DNA of 64,000 bases from positions 152,877 to 216,876 of IMG/VR virus record IMGVR_UViG_3300021440_000013; one strand, written 5' to 3'. The translations under genes were made by a program, and so were the position numbers. The notes under the pieces are model-generated. The model was not told the DNA's origin. It did not search any database and saw only the letters and a list, made by a program, of their open reading frames with translations. Within the stretch, counting starts at the first letter, position 1; each line of letters begins with the position of its first letter. Shown here piece by piece: positions 50,811-60,820 of the stretch.

Positions 50811-51632
50811 ATGGAACACCTCCATTTCTTCTTCCGGAACCAACCGGTTGAACTTACGCCAAGCGCTCGAAGTCAGATCGCTTCATCGATGTCACTGACC
50901 CGTGTCATCCATAACCACTTTGTGTTGAAGTATCAGCACACTCATTTCAAAGACCTCGATCAGATCGACTTTAGTGTCGAGAGTATTGAGGAGTACCTTG
51001 GCATCTTAGGGGAGCTTGAAAACTTTGAGATGCTCCAGTATCAAAGTAAAGAGACCCTTAAAAACATCGCGGTCCTGATAAGCCTGACGTGGGAAGATGC
51101 CGTTGTACGTAAAAAGATCCCTCGCTTTCAAAAGCACCGGGATGAAGGCTACCTTCTTTATTCGTCCATGGATGACTTTCGCATCGAGGCAGACACCCTC
51201 AGTGTTTTTGGACTTGAACCCATCGAACTCCCCAAGGCTTCGATCAAGCTTGCCGGTGAGCCGACCCTCGTTCTTTTCCGAAGACAAAAGAACGAGGAGT
51301 ATTGGGTGACCATTCTGTATGAGCGTCCAAGACCCTTTACCCAGGATTACGCGCCTCTAGAAGTTCAGGAATCTGGTGAGGAGATCCGTTCGCGCTTGCA
51401 AGAGGCTCAGATCACACGAGCCCAGTTGTGGCGAATCTCTGGAAAAAGTAAGAGCCGGGCAAACTGGCCAACTGAGGGTAAAGTGAGTCAGTTAAGACTT
51501 AGGGTCCTTAAGACTATCACGCGTACCCGATCGCCTGTCAAAACAGAATCGGAACCTAAACCCTATGACAACCGAGAGTACGAACGAAAAGGCGTCACTG
51601 AAAGCAGATGTCGATTTAGAACTGCTGCATAG
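50811..51632 (+). CDS. TnpB-derived protein lacking RuvC/Zn-finger
   Basis: ELTPSARSQI...TRVIHNHF, IPRFQK, LAGEPTLVLFRRQKNEEYWVTILYE follow the IS605 OrfB N-terminal pattern; no DLG, no CxxC, no DRDxNA. Confidence 0.55.
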   Translation: MEHLHFFFRNQPVELTPSARSQIASSMSLTRVIHNHFVLKYQHTHFKDLDQIDFSVESIEEYLGILGELENFEMLQYQSKETLKNIAVLISLTWEDAVVRKKIPRFQKHRDEGYLLYSSMDDFRIEADTLSVFGLEPIELPKASIKLAGEPTLVLFRRQKNEEYWVTILYERPRPFTQDYAPLEVQESGEEIRSRLQEAQITRAQLWRISGKSKSRANWPTEGKVSQLRLRVLKTITRTRSPVKTESEPKPYDNREYERKGVTESRCRFRTAA

Positions 51633-52599
51633 AACGGATGTGGTTCGTAATAATCTAAGGGAACTTCATCAAGTCTCAGATTTAAAGCTTGATATGTCTC
51701 CCGAGGAGGTAGGTATCTATCTCTCGAAGATCTTACGCATCGCCAGTGCAGCCAAACAACTCTATTACATGCCGGAGCGCTTTGAGAAGCCGATCGAGAC
51801 GCTCTGTAACATCGCCGATGTGCTTAGCTTGATCTCTAAGCACATCGGTAGTAGTGTCGTTAGACTCATTAGAACAAAAGAAGACACACTTCAATTTACG
51901 GTTGAGTTGATTTATAAACTCATGACGTATGAAGAGCGTAAGGTGCTACGCGACCTTACGCATCTAAGTGTGCGTGAAGAAAAACTCCCTGACACCTCTT
52001 TACGTTTTACGATTGAGACTTTTTTACTTGACCCCCTGACGTTTACGGATGAGGTCAGTAAGGTGTTAAAGCTTTTAGTATGGCTCGATGAGAAAGAAAA
52101 AGATTCTGAACATCAAACGGTGGTTAAACGGTCTATTGATGAGTTTTTGACAATGATCGAAAATTCTAACATGATCGAAAACAATCTTTATAGTAAAACC
52201 AATCTACGCTATGTCCAACCCCTTCCGCCTGAGAGATCTGTGTGGGAGTTTGACGGAGAACGTTTTGTAGTGGTGTGCGTCGCTATGCTTTTTAAAGCCC
52301 CAAAAGAGAGTCAGCGCACCTTGATCGTTTTTCAAGGAAAAGACGGCGTGATCGCTGCCGTCTCAGTGACGTATTGGAATGAGCACTTTGTGCGCGTTGC
52401 TGTTGAGGTGCCGCACGAAGAACCTGGCGAGCCTCCTAAGTCAGGTGAGGAATATATTGGACCTGAGGGTGAGTTCGTACATATCTATGACGTTGTCACT
52501 CGGCGTAGTGGTGAGCGTGTTGTCATCCACGGGGGGCGTGAGGGTGAGCCCCAAAGAACGACCCCGATCCATGAGTTTTTAGGGTTTAAGAAGGTGTAG
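51565..52599 (+). CDS. hypothetical protein
   Basis: 344 aa; helical N-terminus, two small beta-rich C-terminal modules. Confidence 0.6.
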   Translation: MTTESTNEKASLKADVDLELLHRTDVVRNNLRELHQVSDLKLDMSPEEVGIYLSKILRIASAAKQLYYMPERFEKPIETLCNIADVLSLISKHIGSSVVRLIRTKEDTLQFTVELIYKLMTYEERKVLRDLTHLSVREEKLPDTSLRFTIETFLLDPLTFTDEVSKVLKLLVWLDEKEKDSEHQTVVKRSIDEFLTMIENSNMIENNLYSKTNLRYVQPLPPERSVWEFDGERFVVVCVAMLFKAPKESQRTLIVFQGKDGVIAAVSVTYWNEHFVRVAVEVPHEEPGEPPKSGEEYIGPEGEFVHIYDVVTRRSGERVVIHGGREGEPQRTTPIHEFLGFKKV

Positions 52600-52628
52600 T
52601 CTTTTTTAATGTAAGAAGGAAAGTTAAG

Positions 52629-53621
52629 ATGAGTGAAAAGAAGACGGTTCGGCTTTATGCGTGCGGCGGGGCAGCTGTCAATATCGCTAAACCGCTTTAT
52701 GTGACCAGTCAAGGCACGGAAGCAGGTTTCGCTGAGTTTAGCGTGACGTACGTCGATACGTCACGCTCGAACATCGGTAACCATGCCGAGGATGCTTTTT
52801 ATTTGATTCAGGGTCAAGGCGATACGGTCGTGGATGGCTCCGGGAAGGTGCGTGAAACGAACTACGCGGCTTCATCACTTGCCGTTCCTGATATCCTGCA
52901 TCAGTTTAAGCCCGCTGATTTGAATATCGTGCTGCATTCGGCATCGGGTGGCAGTGGCAGTATCCTGGGCCCTATCCTTGCCTCTGAGTTAATCGCCCAA
53001 GGTAAGAACGTCATCGTGATGATGATCGGTTCAACGACCTGCGAGCAAGAGATCCGTAACACGATCAACACGGTGCTCTCGTATCAGGGCATCAGTCAAA
53101 AGCGCAGTAAGCCCGTTAACGTTTTTTACTTTGAAAACGGCCATACGGGCTCGATGCGTGAAAATGACTCAACTGTTCTCATTTACCTGATGATTTTGGC
53201 GGCAGCCTGGTCGGGTAAGAACCTGGGCCTCGACTCCAAAGACCTGGAGAACTTCCTTAACTACGATCGGGTCTCAAAGTACCCGGCAGCGCTCACCGGC
53301 CTTATCATTCGCAGTAAAGGCGAGAAGATCGAGTTTCAAAAAGGTCAAGCGATCTCGAGCGTGGTGTCTTTGATTCGCGATAGTGAAGATCCGCACCCTG
53401 GTATGGTGGTAGGCTATCACTCGTACGGCATCCTTTCGGAAGCGGCCTCGATGGCAATCAAGCTTCCCAGCCCGATCCATCTTTGTACGCTGCAAGGTTT
53501 CTTTGCCGAAATCATTTCTCGATTGCAAGCCGCGCTTGCTTCAGCGGAAGAGCTTTACCGCGTCAATCAGGTTGCTCAGGTTAAGGTGACCAACGCGCAG
53601 GACGACGGTCTCGTTCTTTAA
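52629..53621 (+). CDS. phuZ: phage tubulin PhuZ
   Basis: LYACGGAAVNI, DTSRSN, DGSGKVR, tubulin signature SASGGSGS, C-terminal DDGLVL. Confidence 0.92.
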   Translation: MSEKKTVRLYACGGAAVNIAKPLYVTSQGTEAGFAEFSVTYVDTSRSNIGNHAEDAFYLIQGQGDTVVDGSGKVRETNYAASSLAVPDILHQFKPADLNIVLHSASGGSGSILGPILASELIAQGKNVIVMMIGSTTCEQEIRNTINTVLSYQGISQKRSKPVNVFYFENGHTGSMRENDSTVLIYLMILAAAWSGKNLGLDSKDLENFLNYDRVSKYPAALTGLIIRSKGEKIEFQKGQAISSVVSLIRDSEDPHPGMVVGYHSYGILSEAASMAIKLPSPIHLCTLQGFFAEIISRLQAALASAEELYRVNQVAQVKVTNAQDDGLVL

Positions 53622-53630
53622 AATCAGTAA

Positions 53631-53658
53631 GAAGGAGGGCCCATGTCCACCCTCCTTC
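53631..53658. terminator. hairpin, GAGGG family
   Basis: GAAGGAGGG...CCCTCCTTC after phuZ. Confidence 0.55.
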
Positions 53659-53670
53659 GTAACTAACGGA

Positions 53671-54030
53671 GTGTTTATCATGCGGCTTGAAGTTATTCGT
53701 GAAACGTTTCCTGGTTTTTATACCGAGGAGGTTGAAGTGCTTAAAGAAGATCGAGAACCGTTTGGACGGATCTATTTTTATGATCGTGCCGCTAAATGCG
53801 AAAGCTACGGTTCAGTTTTAACCCACCACACCAATGGAAGCCTGACCGTTATTGACACGCAAGGCTTTTTCCATGTGTTGACCGAATCCCACACGCTCTC
53901 TGAGACGAACAGACTTCTTTACGTAACCGCATGCTCAACCGAAAGTAAAGCACGTGCTGGATACAACCCACACGCCGCATCCATTAAACACGACACCTCG
54001 CTACTCGAGATGCTCGACGCTGGGCTCTGA
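53671..54030 (+). CDS. hypothetical protein
   Basis: 119 aa ORF. Confidence 0.55.
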   Translation: MFIMRLEVIRETFPGFYTEEVEVLKEDREPFGRIYFYDRAAKCESYGSVLTHHTNGSLTVIDTQGFFHVLTESHTLSETNRLLYVTACSTESKARAGYNPHAASIKHDTSLLEMLDAGL

Positions 54031-54051
54031 CTAGAAGTTGGTTCTTTAGCG

Positions 54052-54414
54052 ATGATTAATTTAAACGATATACGGCTAGGGCATCAAAAAGAAATCTGGC
54101 ACCCCTGCGTAAGGCAGGTTGGTTTTCGATCATTTCCTTCTGCTAAACGCCTAAGTGTGCTGGAAGTCGTTGTAGACGAAAACTTTTACATCCTAAAGGT
54201 TTTTGATGACGTTGCAGGTAAGTACACGCTTGCTTTAGATACGGCCAGTGGCATGGTGGATGACTTTTATTACACCGAAGATGCGGCGCTCAAGATTTCA
54301 ACGATAGGTTTTTATGAGAAGCGCTTTGAAGCGGAAAGACGCCCTCTTCCCTATCTGGGTCTGAGTGTGCTCGGTCTTTTAATTGTCATGAGCCTTTTAG
54401 CGTTGACAAAGTGA
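54052..54414 (+). CDS. hypothetical protein with C-terminal membrane anchor
   Basis: YLGLSVLGLLIVMSLLAL. Confidence 0.55.
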   Translation: MINLNDIRLGHQKEIWHPCVRQVGFRSFPSAKRLSVLEVVVDENFYILKVFDDVAGKYTLALDTASGMVDDFYYTEDAALKISTIGFYEKRFEAERRPLPYLGLSVLGLLIVMSLLALTK

Positions 54415-54417
54415 TTA

Positions 54418-54445
54418 AGAGAGGAGGGCTAAAACCCTCCTCTCT
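54418..54445. terminator. hairpin, GAGGG family
   Basis: AGAGAGGAGGG-CTAAAA-CCCTCCTCTCT. Confidence 0.6.
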
Positions 54446-54603
54446 CAGTATGTCTTTTAAAAGCCTATAGAGGCTGTTAGACGCATTATTTTAAGCTTTC
54501 TGATACATAGCCTACCATCAGAGACTTTTTCCCACAGAAAGGCTTTTCCTATGGAAGCTTCGGTCACTTAAATCTTACATGTTATACGCCTAGGAGAAGT
54601 TCT

Positions 54604-55302
54604 GTGTTTAACCCTCACCAAACGCTGGAATATAAGTCACTCTCAGATGTGATCTCTGAGGTGCGTGATGTCTTTATTCTCGACATCACCCAGTATTGTT
54701 ATTACCTCCCAACTCACTTTACCGACATCCTTAATCCTGAGCCGTTGGGTGTTTACGCACCGAATCGATTAAAGCCGGTCTTCTCGTTTGAAAATGGGCA
54801 AGCGTACTATACAGCAAACGCCTATAAGGCAAGACAGGCGCCCGATATCTGGAACTTTGAGACGTTTATCAAATCGAGCTCACCGATCTACTCACCACAA
54901 GGAAAGTTTCTTTGCCAAGCACCCTCGCTTGCCCCTTACTTCTTTCAACAGAAATGTTCGTATAATTACGCAGCGATGCACGTGGCTTTTATTTTGATCT
55001 ACGAGATGTTTAGCCATCTACACAGCCAGACCTATATCGGAATAAATCTACCCATGAGCGCACTTAGGCTAGAGCGTTATGTTAAGCCTGAGTACCTGCA
55101 AGCCGTTTTAGATGAACGGATAAGTCATCCAGGTCACGCCACCATCGCTGCTGAGGCGTATAACTTCATTGGACGCGATCGCTACTCCAATTACCGCTTG
55201 AAGTTCGAAAACACAACACTCATCATAGAAAAAGGAAATGATTACCGTGTTGTCGAATATTATCGGAGACTCTTCGATGAGCTGGAATCACAAGGTTATT
55301 GA
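54604..55302 (+). CDS. conserved jumbo-phage hypothetical protein
   Basis: 232 aa, AGGAG SD; C-terminal IIEKGNDYRVVEY. Confidence 0.65.
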   Translation: MFNPHQTLEYKSLSDVISEVRDVFILDITQYCYYLPTHFTDILNPEPLGVYAPNRLKPVFSFENGQAYYTANAYKARQAPDIWNFETFIKSSSPIYSPQGKFLCQAPSLAPYFFQQKCSYNYAAMHVAFILIYEMFSHLHSQTYIGINLPMSALRLERYVKPEYLQAVLDERISHPGHATIAAEAYNFIGRDRYSNYRLKFENTTLIIEKGNDYRVVEYYRRLFDELESQGY

Positions 55303-55732
55303 GAAACCACCTGCCGCAATCATTGTTGATTTCTCGGAAATCATTTATCGATACACACCCCAGACCTCGTTTAAGTCATATCTTTTTAACCGAGTGGTAC
55401 CGCTGGTAAACCTGATGCGGGTCTTCGGGGTAAAGGATATCATTGAATCTGTCCTCATTTTAGATTACGATAATCCAGAGTGTCGCTTTGCTGTCTGGGA
55501 AGTTCTGGAACATAAATACTGGAATACTAACATGGACTTCTGGGATCACACGGAATCCGTCGAAACACTCAGTATCATAGTGGACCTTGTTGTCGAAGAG
55601 GTCGATACGCACATACGGGACACCTTGACCCCACATAACCTCTCGTCGGAGTACGCGAGCTATCTTTTTCACCAGTGGGTTGGGGCAGGCGCGGCCTTAC
55701 TTACACACCGCTACGCTGAAACGACTCTCTAA
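55238..55732 (+). CDS. hypothetical protein
   Basis: Up to 164 aa; start may be at MSWNH. Confidence 0.6.
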   Translation: MITVLSNIIGDSSMSWNHKVIEKPPAAIIVDFSEIIYRYTPQTSFKSYLFNRVVPLVNLMRVFGVKDIIESVLILDYDNPECRFAVWEVLEHKYWNTNMDFWDHTESVETLSIIVDLVVEEVDTHIRDTLTPHNLSSEYASYLFHQWVGAGAALLTHRYAETTL

Positions 55733-55749
55733 TAACGGAAAATAAGGAC

Positions 55750-56160
55750 ATGCTCTCCTATCTTCTAGCTCGTCTAAACCTCACGGTGAGTTCACTTGCT
55801 CTGGTGGACATCATGAAGCAAAATGGCTTAGATCTTGAGCATGTCTCCCAAGACCTAACCGAAATCGTTCAAAACGATGCGTGGTGCAAAGCTTTTGAAG
55901 AATCGTTTCTCTTTGACCTAAGTGAGCTTGTTTTACTGAGTGAGTTTGAATATGATCTTCTTACCCTTAGAGAAGAGTTTAGAATTCTTCTCGATGAAAT
56001 TCGCCATGCATTAAAACTCCACAACGTCAAACAGATCGGAAAGATCGTTTCGATCCATCTGCAACTTCCCGACACGATTATCGTAGAGATCTTTACTGTA
56101 GAAAGAACATATGCCACGCGTCATCGTAGGTCTCGATTACTACGGAACTCATTTCTATAA
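55750..56160 (+). CDS. hypothetical protein
   Basis: 136 aa, AAGGA SD. Confidence 0.6.
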   Translation: MLSYLLARLNLTVSSLALVDIMKQNGLDLEHVSQDLTEIVQNDAWCKAFEESFLFDLSELVLLSEFEYDLLTLREEFRILLDEIRHALKLHNVKQIGKIVSIHLQLPDTIIVEIFTVERTYATRHRRSRLLRNSFL

Positions 56161-56512
56161 CGACGTTGTCCAATATTGCTACCGCACAGGACAGCCTCAG
56201 AGTCAAGAGTCGTTTAGTCGAATCTATAAAGAATGCATCAGCCAGGTTACTGCTCGCCTTAGCGTGGACTTCGAGACCTTCTTAGTCAATCTAATGGAAC
56301 TGCCTTATTGGAAACTTATTAATTACACACCGAAGGAAGAGTGTGTGGTTTTTGATGAGGTTTTTAAAAATGCCGTGCGTGCCTTTGGTATTTGTTTGTG
56401 GAACAGCATGTACACAAACAAGGTTCTTTACCCCAATTCACACTTTCATCTAGAGTCCTGTTCTCAGATCCTGGTGATCATTGTGATTCACACTGACGCG
56501 GATTATGTTTAA
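56111..56512 (+). CDS. hypothetical protein
   Basis: 133 aa ORF in operon. Confidence 0.6.
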   Translation: MPRVIVGLDYYGTHFYNDVVQYCYRTGQPQSQESFSRIYKECISQVTARLSVDFETFLVNLMELPYWKLINYTPKEECVVFDEVFKNAVRAFGICLWNSMYTNKVLYPNSHFHLESCSQILVIIVIHTDADYV

Positions 56513-56524
56513 GGAAAAATACAT

Positions 56525-56914
56525 ATGTATAACCTTGGTGTTACGTATTCGTTTAACACACGCAGCCCGGTCTTTCTGAGTGCGCGTATTGAGCGCGCTA
56601 AGCTCAAATCGATCGTAGATGTGGACATCGCACGTAAGTTTGCACCGATCGATCAGATGCATGCTCAGGTCTACCCGTCCCTTCCGCCGGGTACGCCCAA
56701 TAACCCCGCGGCTACGGAATATCTGGTCTTTGAAGCGTTGAATAAGTCGACCATCGTTTTTGCTAAGACGTGGATCGAAGAGAGCTCACTCCAAGTCATC
56801 GAGTATGTCTCGATCCATGTCGAGATCCCTCGAGCGAACATCACCGACGTTGAACTCGTCAGGCGTGCTCTCTCAGCGGCCAACATCAAAGATTTTGTTA
56901 TCACATCAAACTAA
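56525..56914 (+). CDS. conserved jumbo-phage protein
   Basis: 129 aa; YSFNTRSPVFL, HAQVYPSLPPGTP, WIEESS. Confidence 0.65.
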   Translation: MYNLGVTYSFNTRSPVFLSARIERAKLKSIVDVDIARKFAPIDQMHAQVYPSLPPGTPNNPAATEYLVFEALNKSTIVFAKTWIEESSLQVIEYVSIHVEIPRANITDVELVRRALSAANIKDFVITSN

Positions 56915-56947
56915 ACGAGGAGTGTGGTCTAAAGCCACACTCCTCGT
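56915..56947. terminator. intergenic hairpin
   Basis: ACGAGGAGTGTGG-TCTAAAG-CCACACTCCTCGT. Confidence 0.55.
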
Positions 56948-56961
56948 ATGAGGCACCCACC

Positions 56962-57387
56962 ATGGACTGTGTGCGCTACATCATTTTTGACGCCGGACCT
57001 GTTTTAAAAGGAGACCCTGTCTACGGATTGATCCGTGTTCAAGACATTCTCTCGAGTTCGATTCATTTACGAAACTTTCTAGAACTTTATCCCGTTAACT
57101 TCGTCCTGGAGTCTGTTTTTGTTTCGATCTTTCTACACACTCCGTGCGTAGTAGAAGACCTTATCGACCGAATGACAGACGAAGAACATTACGAAGCGGT
57201 TCTTTTGATTGAGCAGCATCCCAGTCTTCTTCATGAACTTGAAAAATACACCGACGCCCTCAAAACAAACGTGATCACGACACTTGTTCAGACACTTAAA
57301 CCCTACGGCTTAGAAGGAGAATATCACTTCTACACCGTGAAAGCCTGGGTGAGCGCCACACTCATTCAGCTTGAATACTATAAATAA
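56962..57387 (+). CDS. hypothetical protein
   Basis: 141 aa, GAGG SD. Confidence 0.6.
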   Translation: MDCVRYIIFDAGPVLKGDPVYGLIRVQDILSSSIHLRNFLELYPVNFVLESVFVSIFLHTPCVVEDLIDRMTDEEHYEAVLLIEQHPSLLHELEKYTDALKTNVITTLVQTLKPYGLEGEYHFYTVKAWVSATLIQLEYYK

Positions 57388-57481
57388 AAATCTTCAGAGA
57401 CAGGCTTTTACGAGCCTGTCTCTATGGTTTTTGTTGCCAAATGTGGTATCGGTTAGAACTAACCAAGAGGTATTTTTTTAT

Positions 57482-59605
57482 ATGAGTCAGAACAGCTTTC
57501 TACTGCCAGAAGAGGCCTACACACGCGCCATCAACCCCGTTGCCGATTGGGTTAAACAAATCGCGTTTTACGCCTCACGCATGACGGGCAAGCCTTTCGA
57601 AGCCTGCCGCCAGCATTTGATCAAGAAACTTAAGAGCGGAGCGATCCCGTTTAAAAACCCAACTGTCGTGCATTTTAAACGCGCTGAAAATGGTGACACA
57701 GAGAAAACCACCACGCCCCTCACGCAATATATCCAGGGAACGATCAAGGACAATGAGGTTCTCGCACCGACCTTTACGACATACCTACACCCCAGCGTCA
57801 AGCGCTCGGTGATCGTTGAATACCTCGACATCAACGTGGCCCAGCGCAAGGTCTATAAAAAAGCTTCTCAGAAATTTGAAGCCGAGGGCGATATCGGTAA
57901 GTTTAAATACTACCACAACGCTCAGGATTCAGCAAAACGAAGAAATAACTCGGTCTCTGGCGGCTTTGTTGCTAAAGGAAGTGTGATTGAAAATAAAAGT
58001 GCACACTCTACGCTTACTTCCACGACACGCTCCATCGCGTCTCTTTCAAACGCATCGAACGAACGACTCATCGAAGGTAACCGACATTACTTTACGTTTC
58101 AGATCGCGCTAAACAACATCATCTCGATTGCCACCGAGGCAGACAAAGAATGTGTTCAAAACGCCGTCGAGACCTTTGGTCTTGTTTACCCGAGCATAAA
58201 GGACGTGATGGCGTGCATAAAACGCTCCACCGACTTATATTGGCGGGACACGAAGGCGCTCTTAGAAATCGAGAAGTTTGTTAGTGTACTGACACCGGTT
58301 GAGCGGGCTGCGGTGGTCTACACGGGCGATCTGTACCATATCCGTGTCTTTAACGATGCTTTTGCTAGGCAGTTTTTAACAGACCTTTCAAAGAAAGGTG
58401 ACACCACACCCGTTGACGACCCTGTCGGAAAGATACATAAGACTGACGAGCAGATCGTTAACTACGCGCATCAAATCTATATCTCAGGTTTAGAGGGGGT
58501 GGGTAAAGATTACAGTAAGATCTCTGAGGACGATCGCTACATTGTTGTAAACACGTGTCTAAACATCGAGCAGACCATTGAGCGGTATAAGCTCTTTTTA
58601 GAAGCTTTCTTTTTAACGAAGAACTCTCCGTGTACGATCGCAACGATCCCAAGTATGATTCGTCGTAGCGTCGTGTTATCGGACACCGACTCGACGATGT
58701 TTTCTGTCGATAACTGGGTCGATTGGTACTTCGGGACGCTGCGTTTTGATGACGCAGCGTACGCGCTCTCTGGTGCGATCATGTTTATGGCAACCCAGGC
58801 GATTGCGCATATCCTTGCGATCTTTTCTGCGAACATGAACGTTGAGCGTTCTCGCCTCTTTACCTTAGCGATGAAGCCGGAGTATGTCTTCCCGGTCTTT
58901 GCGCAGACCTCCGTTGCAAAGCATTATTACACCGCCATTAAGGTTAAAGAAGGATCGGTCTATAAGGGGATTAAGATGGAGATCAAAGGCGTCCATATGA
59001 AGGACTCCTCGGTACCCACGACCATCATTAAATCCGCTGCCGAAGAAATGCGTGCCATTATCGATTCGGTAATGCGTAATGAAAAGCTTAGCTTGAAAGC
59101 GATGCTTGCTAAGGCTTCAGATATTGAAAGGGAGATCACACGCTCTATCGATGCCGGTGAAGTGACGTACCTAAAGAAAATCAAGATCAAAGAAAAGACC
59201 GCCTACAAAGATACAGAAGAGCGCTCTCCGTACCAGTATTACGTAATGTGGCAAAAATGCTTTGCGTCAAGCTATGGTGATGCGCCCAAGCCTCCGTATC
59301 AAGCAGTGCGCCTTCCGCTTAACATCGCCAGCCAGACTGCACTAAGGGAGTGGATCGTTCAGATCGAGAATCCCGCGGTTAAAGAAGCGTTGGGCCACTA
59401 TTTTAAAGACACGGGAAAAGGGCCTGTGCGGTCTTTCCCTGTGCCGATTGCGCATTGTTCGATGCATGGTTTTCCGCCTGAGCTAAAAGCTGTGCTAGAT
59501 ACACGTAAGATCATTTTGACACTGACTAAGTCATACCGGAACATTTTGGAATCACTAGGCTTTTTCTCAAAACGTGACATGCTTTTAATCGAACAAGGAT
59601 ATTAG
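57482..59605 (+). CDS. family B DNA polymerase, C-terminal part of split enzyme (phiKZ gp50-like)
   Basis: Motif B QDSAKRRNNSVSG, motif C LSDTDST, AKHYY, EIKGVH; likely ATG at 57482 after AAGAGG. Confidence 0.85.
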   Translation: MSQNSFLLPEEAYTRAINPVADWVKQIAFYASRMTGKPFEACRQHLIKKLKSGAIPFKNPTVVHFKRAENGDTEKTTTPLTQYIQGTIKDNEVLAPTFTTYLHPSVKRSVIVEYLDINVAQRKVYKKASQKFEAEGDIGKFKYYHNAQDSAKRRNNSVSGGFVAKGSVIENKSAHSTLTSTTRSIASLSNASNERLIEGNRHYFTFQIALNNIISIATEADKECVQNAVETFGLVYPSIKDVMACIKRSTDLYWRDTKALLEIEKFVSVLTPVERAAVVYTGDLYHIRVFNDAFARQFLTDLSKKGDTTPVDDPVGKIHKTDEQIVNYAHQIYISGLEGVGKDYSKISEDDRYIVVNTCLNIEQTIERYKLFLEAFFLTKNSPCTIATIPSMIRRSVVLSDTDSTMFSVDNWVDWYFGTLRFDDAAYALSGAIMFMATQAIAHILAIFSANMNVERSRLFTLAMKPEYVFPVFAQTSVAKHYYTAIKVKEGSVYKGIKMEIKGVHMKDSSVPTTIIKSAAEEMRAIIDSVMRNEKLSLKAMLAKASDIEREITRSIDAGEVTYLKKIKIKEKTAYKDTEERSPYQYYVMWQKCFASSYGDAPKPPYQAVRLPLNIASQTALREWIVQIENPAVKEALGHYFKDTGKGPVRSFPVPIAHCSMHGFPPELKAVLDTRKIILTLTKSYRNILESLGFFSKRDMLLIEQGY

Positions 59606-59621
59606 AGAAAGGGGAATAAAA

Positions 59622-60815
59622 ATGTCAGGTTCCAAAAAGAACCTGATCAACTACGGTTTTAAGTATCGCTTGTATCCAAGCCATCGCCAGCGCGATCAGA
59701 TCGAAACCCTCTTTGCGGGTGTGCGTCGAGTCCATAATGACTACGTCACACATACCAAAGAGAGCACTGGTCTAGATCACGAAGCCGTCAAACAGTCACG
59801 CCGCCTCACGATCAGGAGTCTGGCGCAGCTCCCTAAGCGCGTGCTTGAAAAGACCCACCAGCTTTTGCAAAATGCTTACGCTAAAGCTGTAAAGCGTAAA
59901 AGACATCTTCCCCAGTTAAAGTCTTGGAGAAGTTTTCAAAGCGCACACTTTGACAAAGGACTCTACGCCATCCATAACGATGGCGTAGAGTTTAGTGGGA
60001 TCGAAGGACGGGTTCGTACGTGTTTTCATCGAGAGATGCTGCCGGGAAAGATCCGCGACTGCTGCTTAAAACGAGACAAGCTTGGCCGATACTTCGTGAG
60101 TTTTAAGCTCACGGTAAGACCGTTTAAACGATCAGGTAATAACGCAGTGGGTGTTGACTTAGGTCTTAAGAGCTTCGCCGTGTGTTCGGATGGGTTTGTA
60201 TTTGAAAACCTAAAACTCAAAAAACGAGCTCAACCTCACCTTCAAAAACGATATGAAACACTAAGGGGAAAGACCGCCGGTTCAAAGAACTTCAATAAAA
60301 CACTCCAAAGCATCCGTAAGCTAGAAGAAAAGGTCGCACAACGTCGACGTCATTATTTTCATGTTTTAACCGCAAAACTCATCCGTGAGAATTGTGTGAT
60401 CGGGCTCGAAGCGCTCGATATCGCCAGAATGATGACTAAGGACGGGAAGCGTAAACTTAAAATCGAAGACGCGGGCTGGGGTTTGTTTAGGAAAATGACG
60501 GTTGAAAAAGCCCGTATCTCAACAGGCACCGCGGTGGTTTTGGCACCACCTGAGTATCCGTCGACTCAGACGTGTTCAGTCTGTGAGAACAAGAGTCCCA
60601 CTAAGATCGCACTGGGTGTGAGTCAATGGCGGTGTCCGTTTTGCGGAACCCACCACGATCGTGACATGAACGCAGCGAATAATCTACGCACCATGGCAGT
60701 TCGCTGGAACACACATCTCAGAAGCAGTATGAAGGGGGTGCGGGTTCTTATAGGTGACCCAAATAGATGGGCAGTCGATTACCACTCTATGGATTACTAC
60801 AACGCCACGTACTGA
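59622..60815 (+). CDS. tnpB: TnpB-family RNA-guided endonuclease (IS200/IS605 OrfB-like), catalytic residues intact
   Basis: FKYRLYP, RuvC-I VGVDLGLK, RuvC-II IGLEAL, CSVC...CPFC Zn finger, RuvC-III HDRDMNAANN. Confidence 0.93.
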   Translation: MSGSKKNLINYGFKYRLYPSHRQRDQIETLFAGVRRVHNDYVTHTKESTGLDHEAVKQSRRLTIRSLAQLPKRVLEKTHQLLQNAYAKAVKRKRHLPQLKSWRSFQSAHFDKGLYAIHNDGVEFSGIEGRVRTCFHREMLPGKIRDCCLKRDKLGRYFVSFKLTVRPFKRSGNNAVGVDLGLKSFAVCSDGFVFENLKLKKRAQPHLQKRYETLRGKTAGSKNFNKTLQSIRKLEEKVAQRRRHYFHVLTAKLIRENCVIGLEALDIARMMTKDGKRKLKIEDAGWGLFRKMTVEKARISTGTAVVLAPPEYPSTQTCSVCENKSPTKIALGVSQWRCPFCGTHHDRDMNAANNLRTMAVRWNTHLRSSMKGVRVLIGDPNRWAVDYHSMDYYNATY

Positions 60816-60820
60816 GTAAG

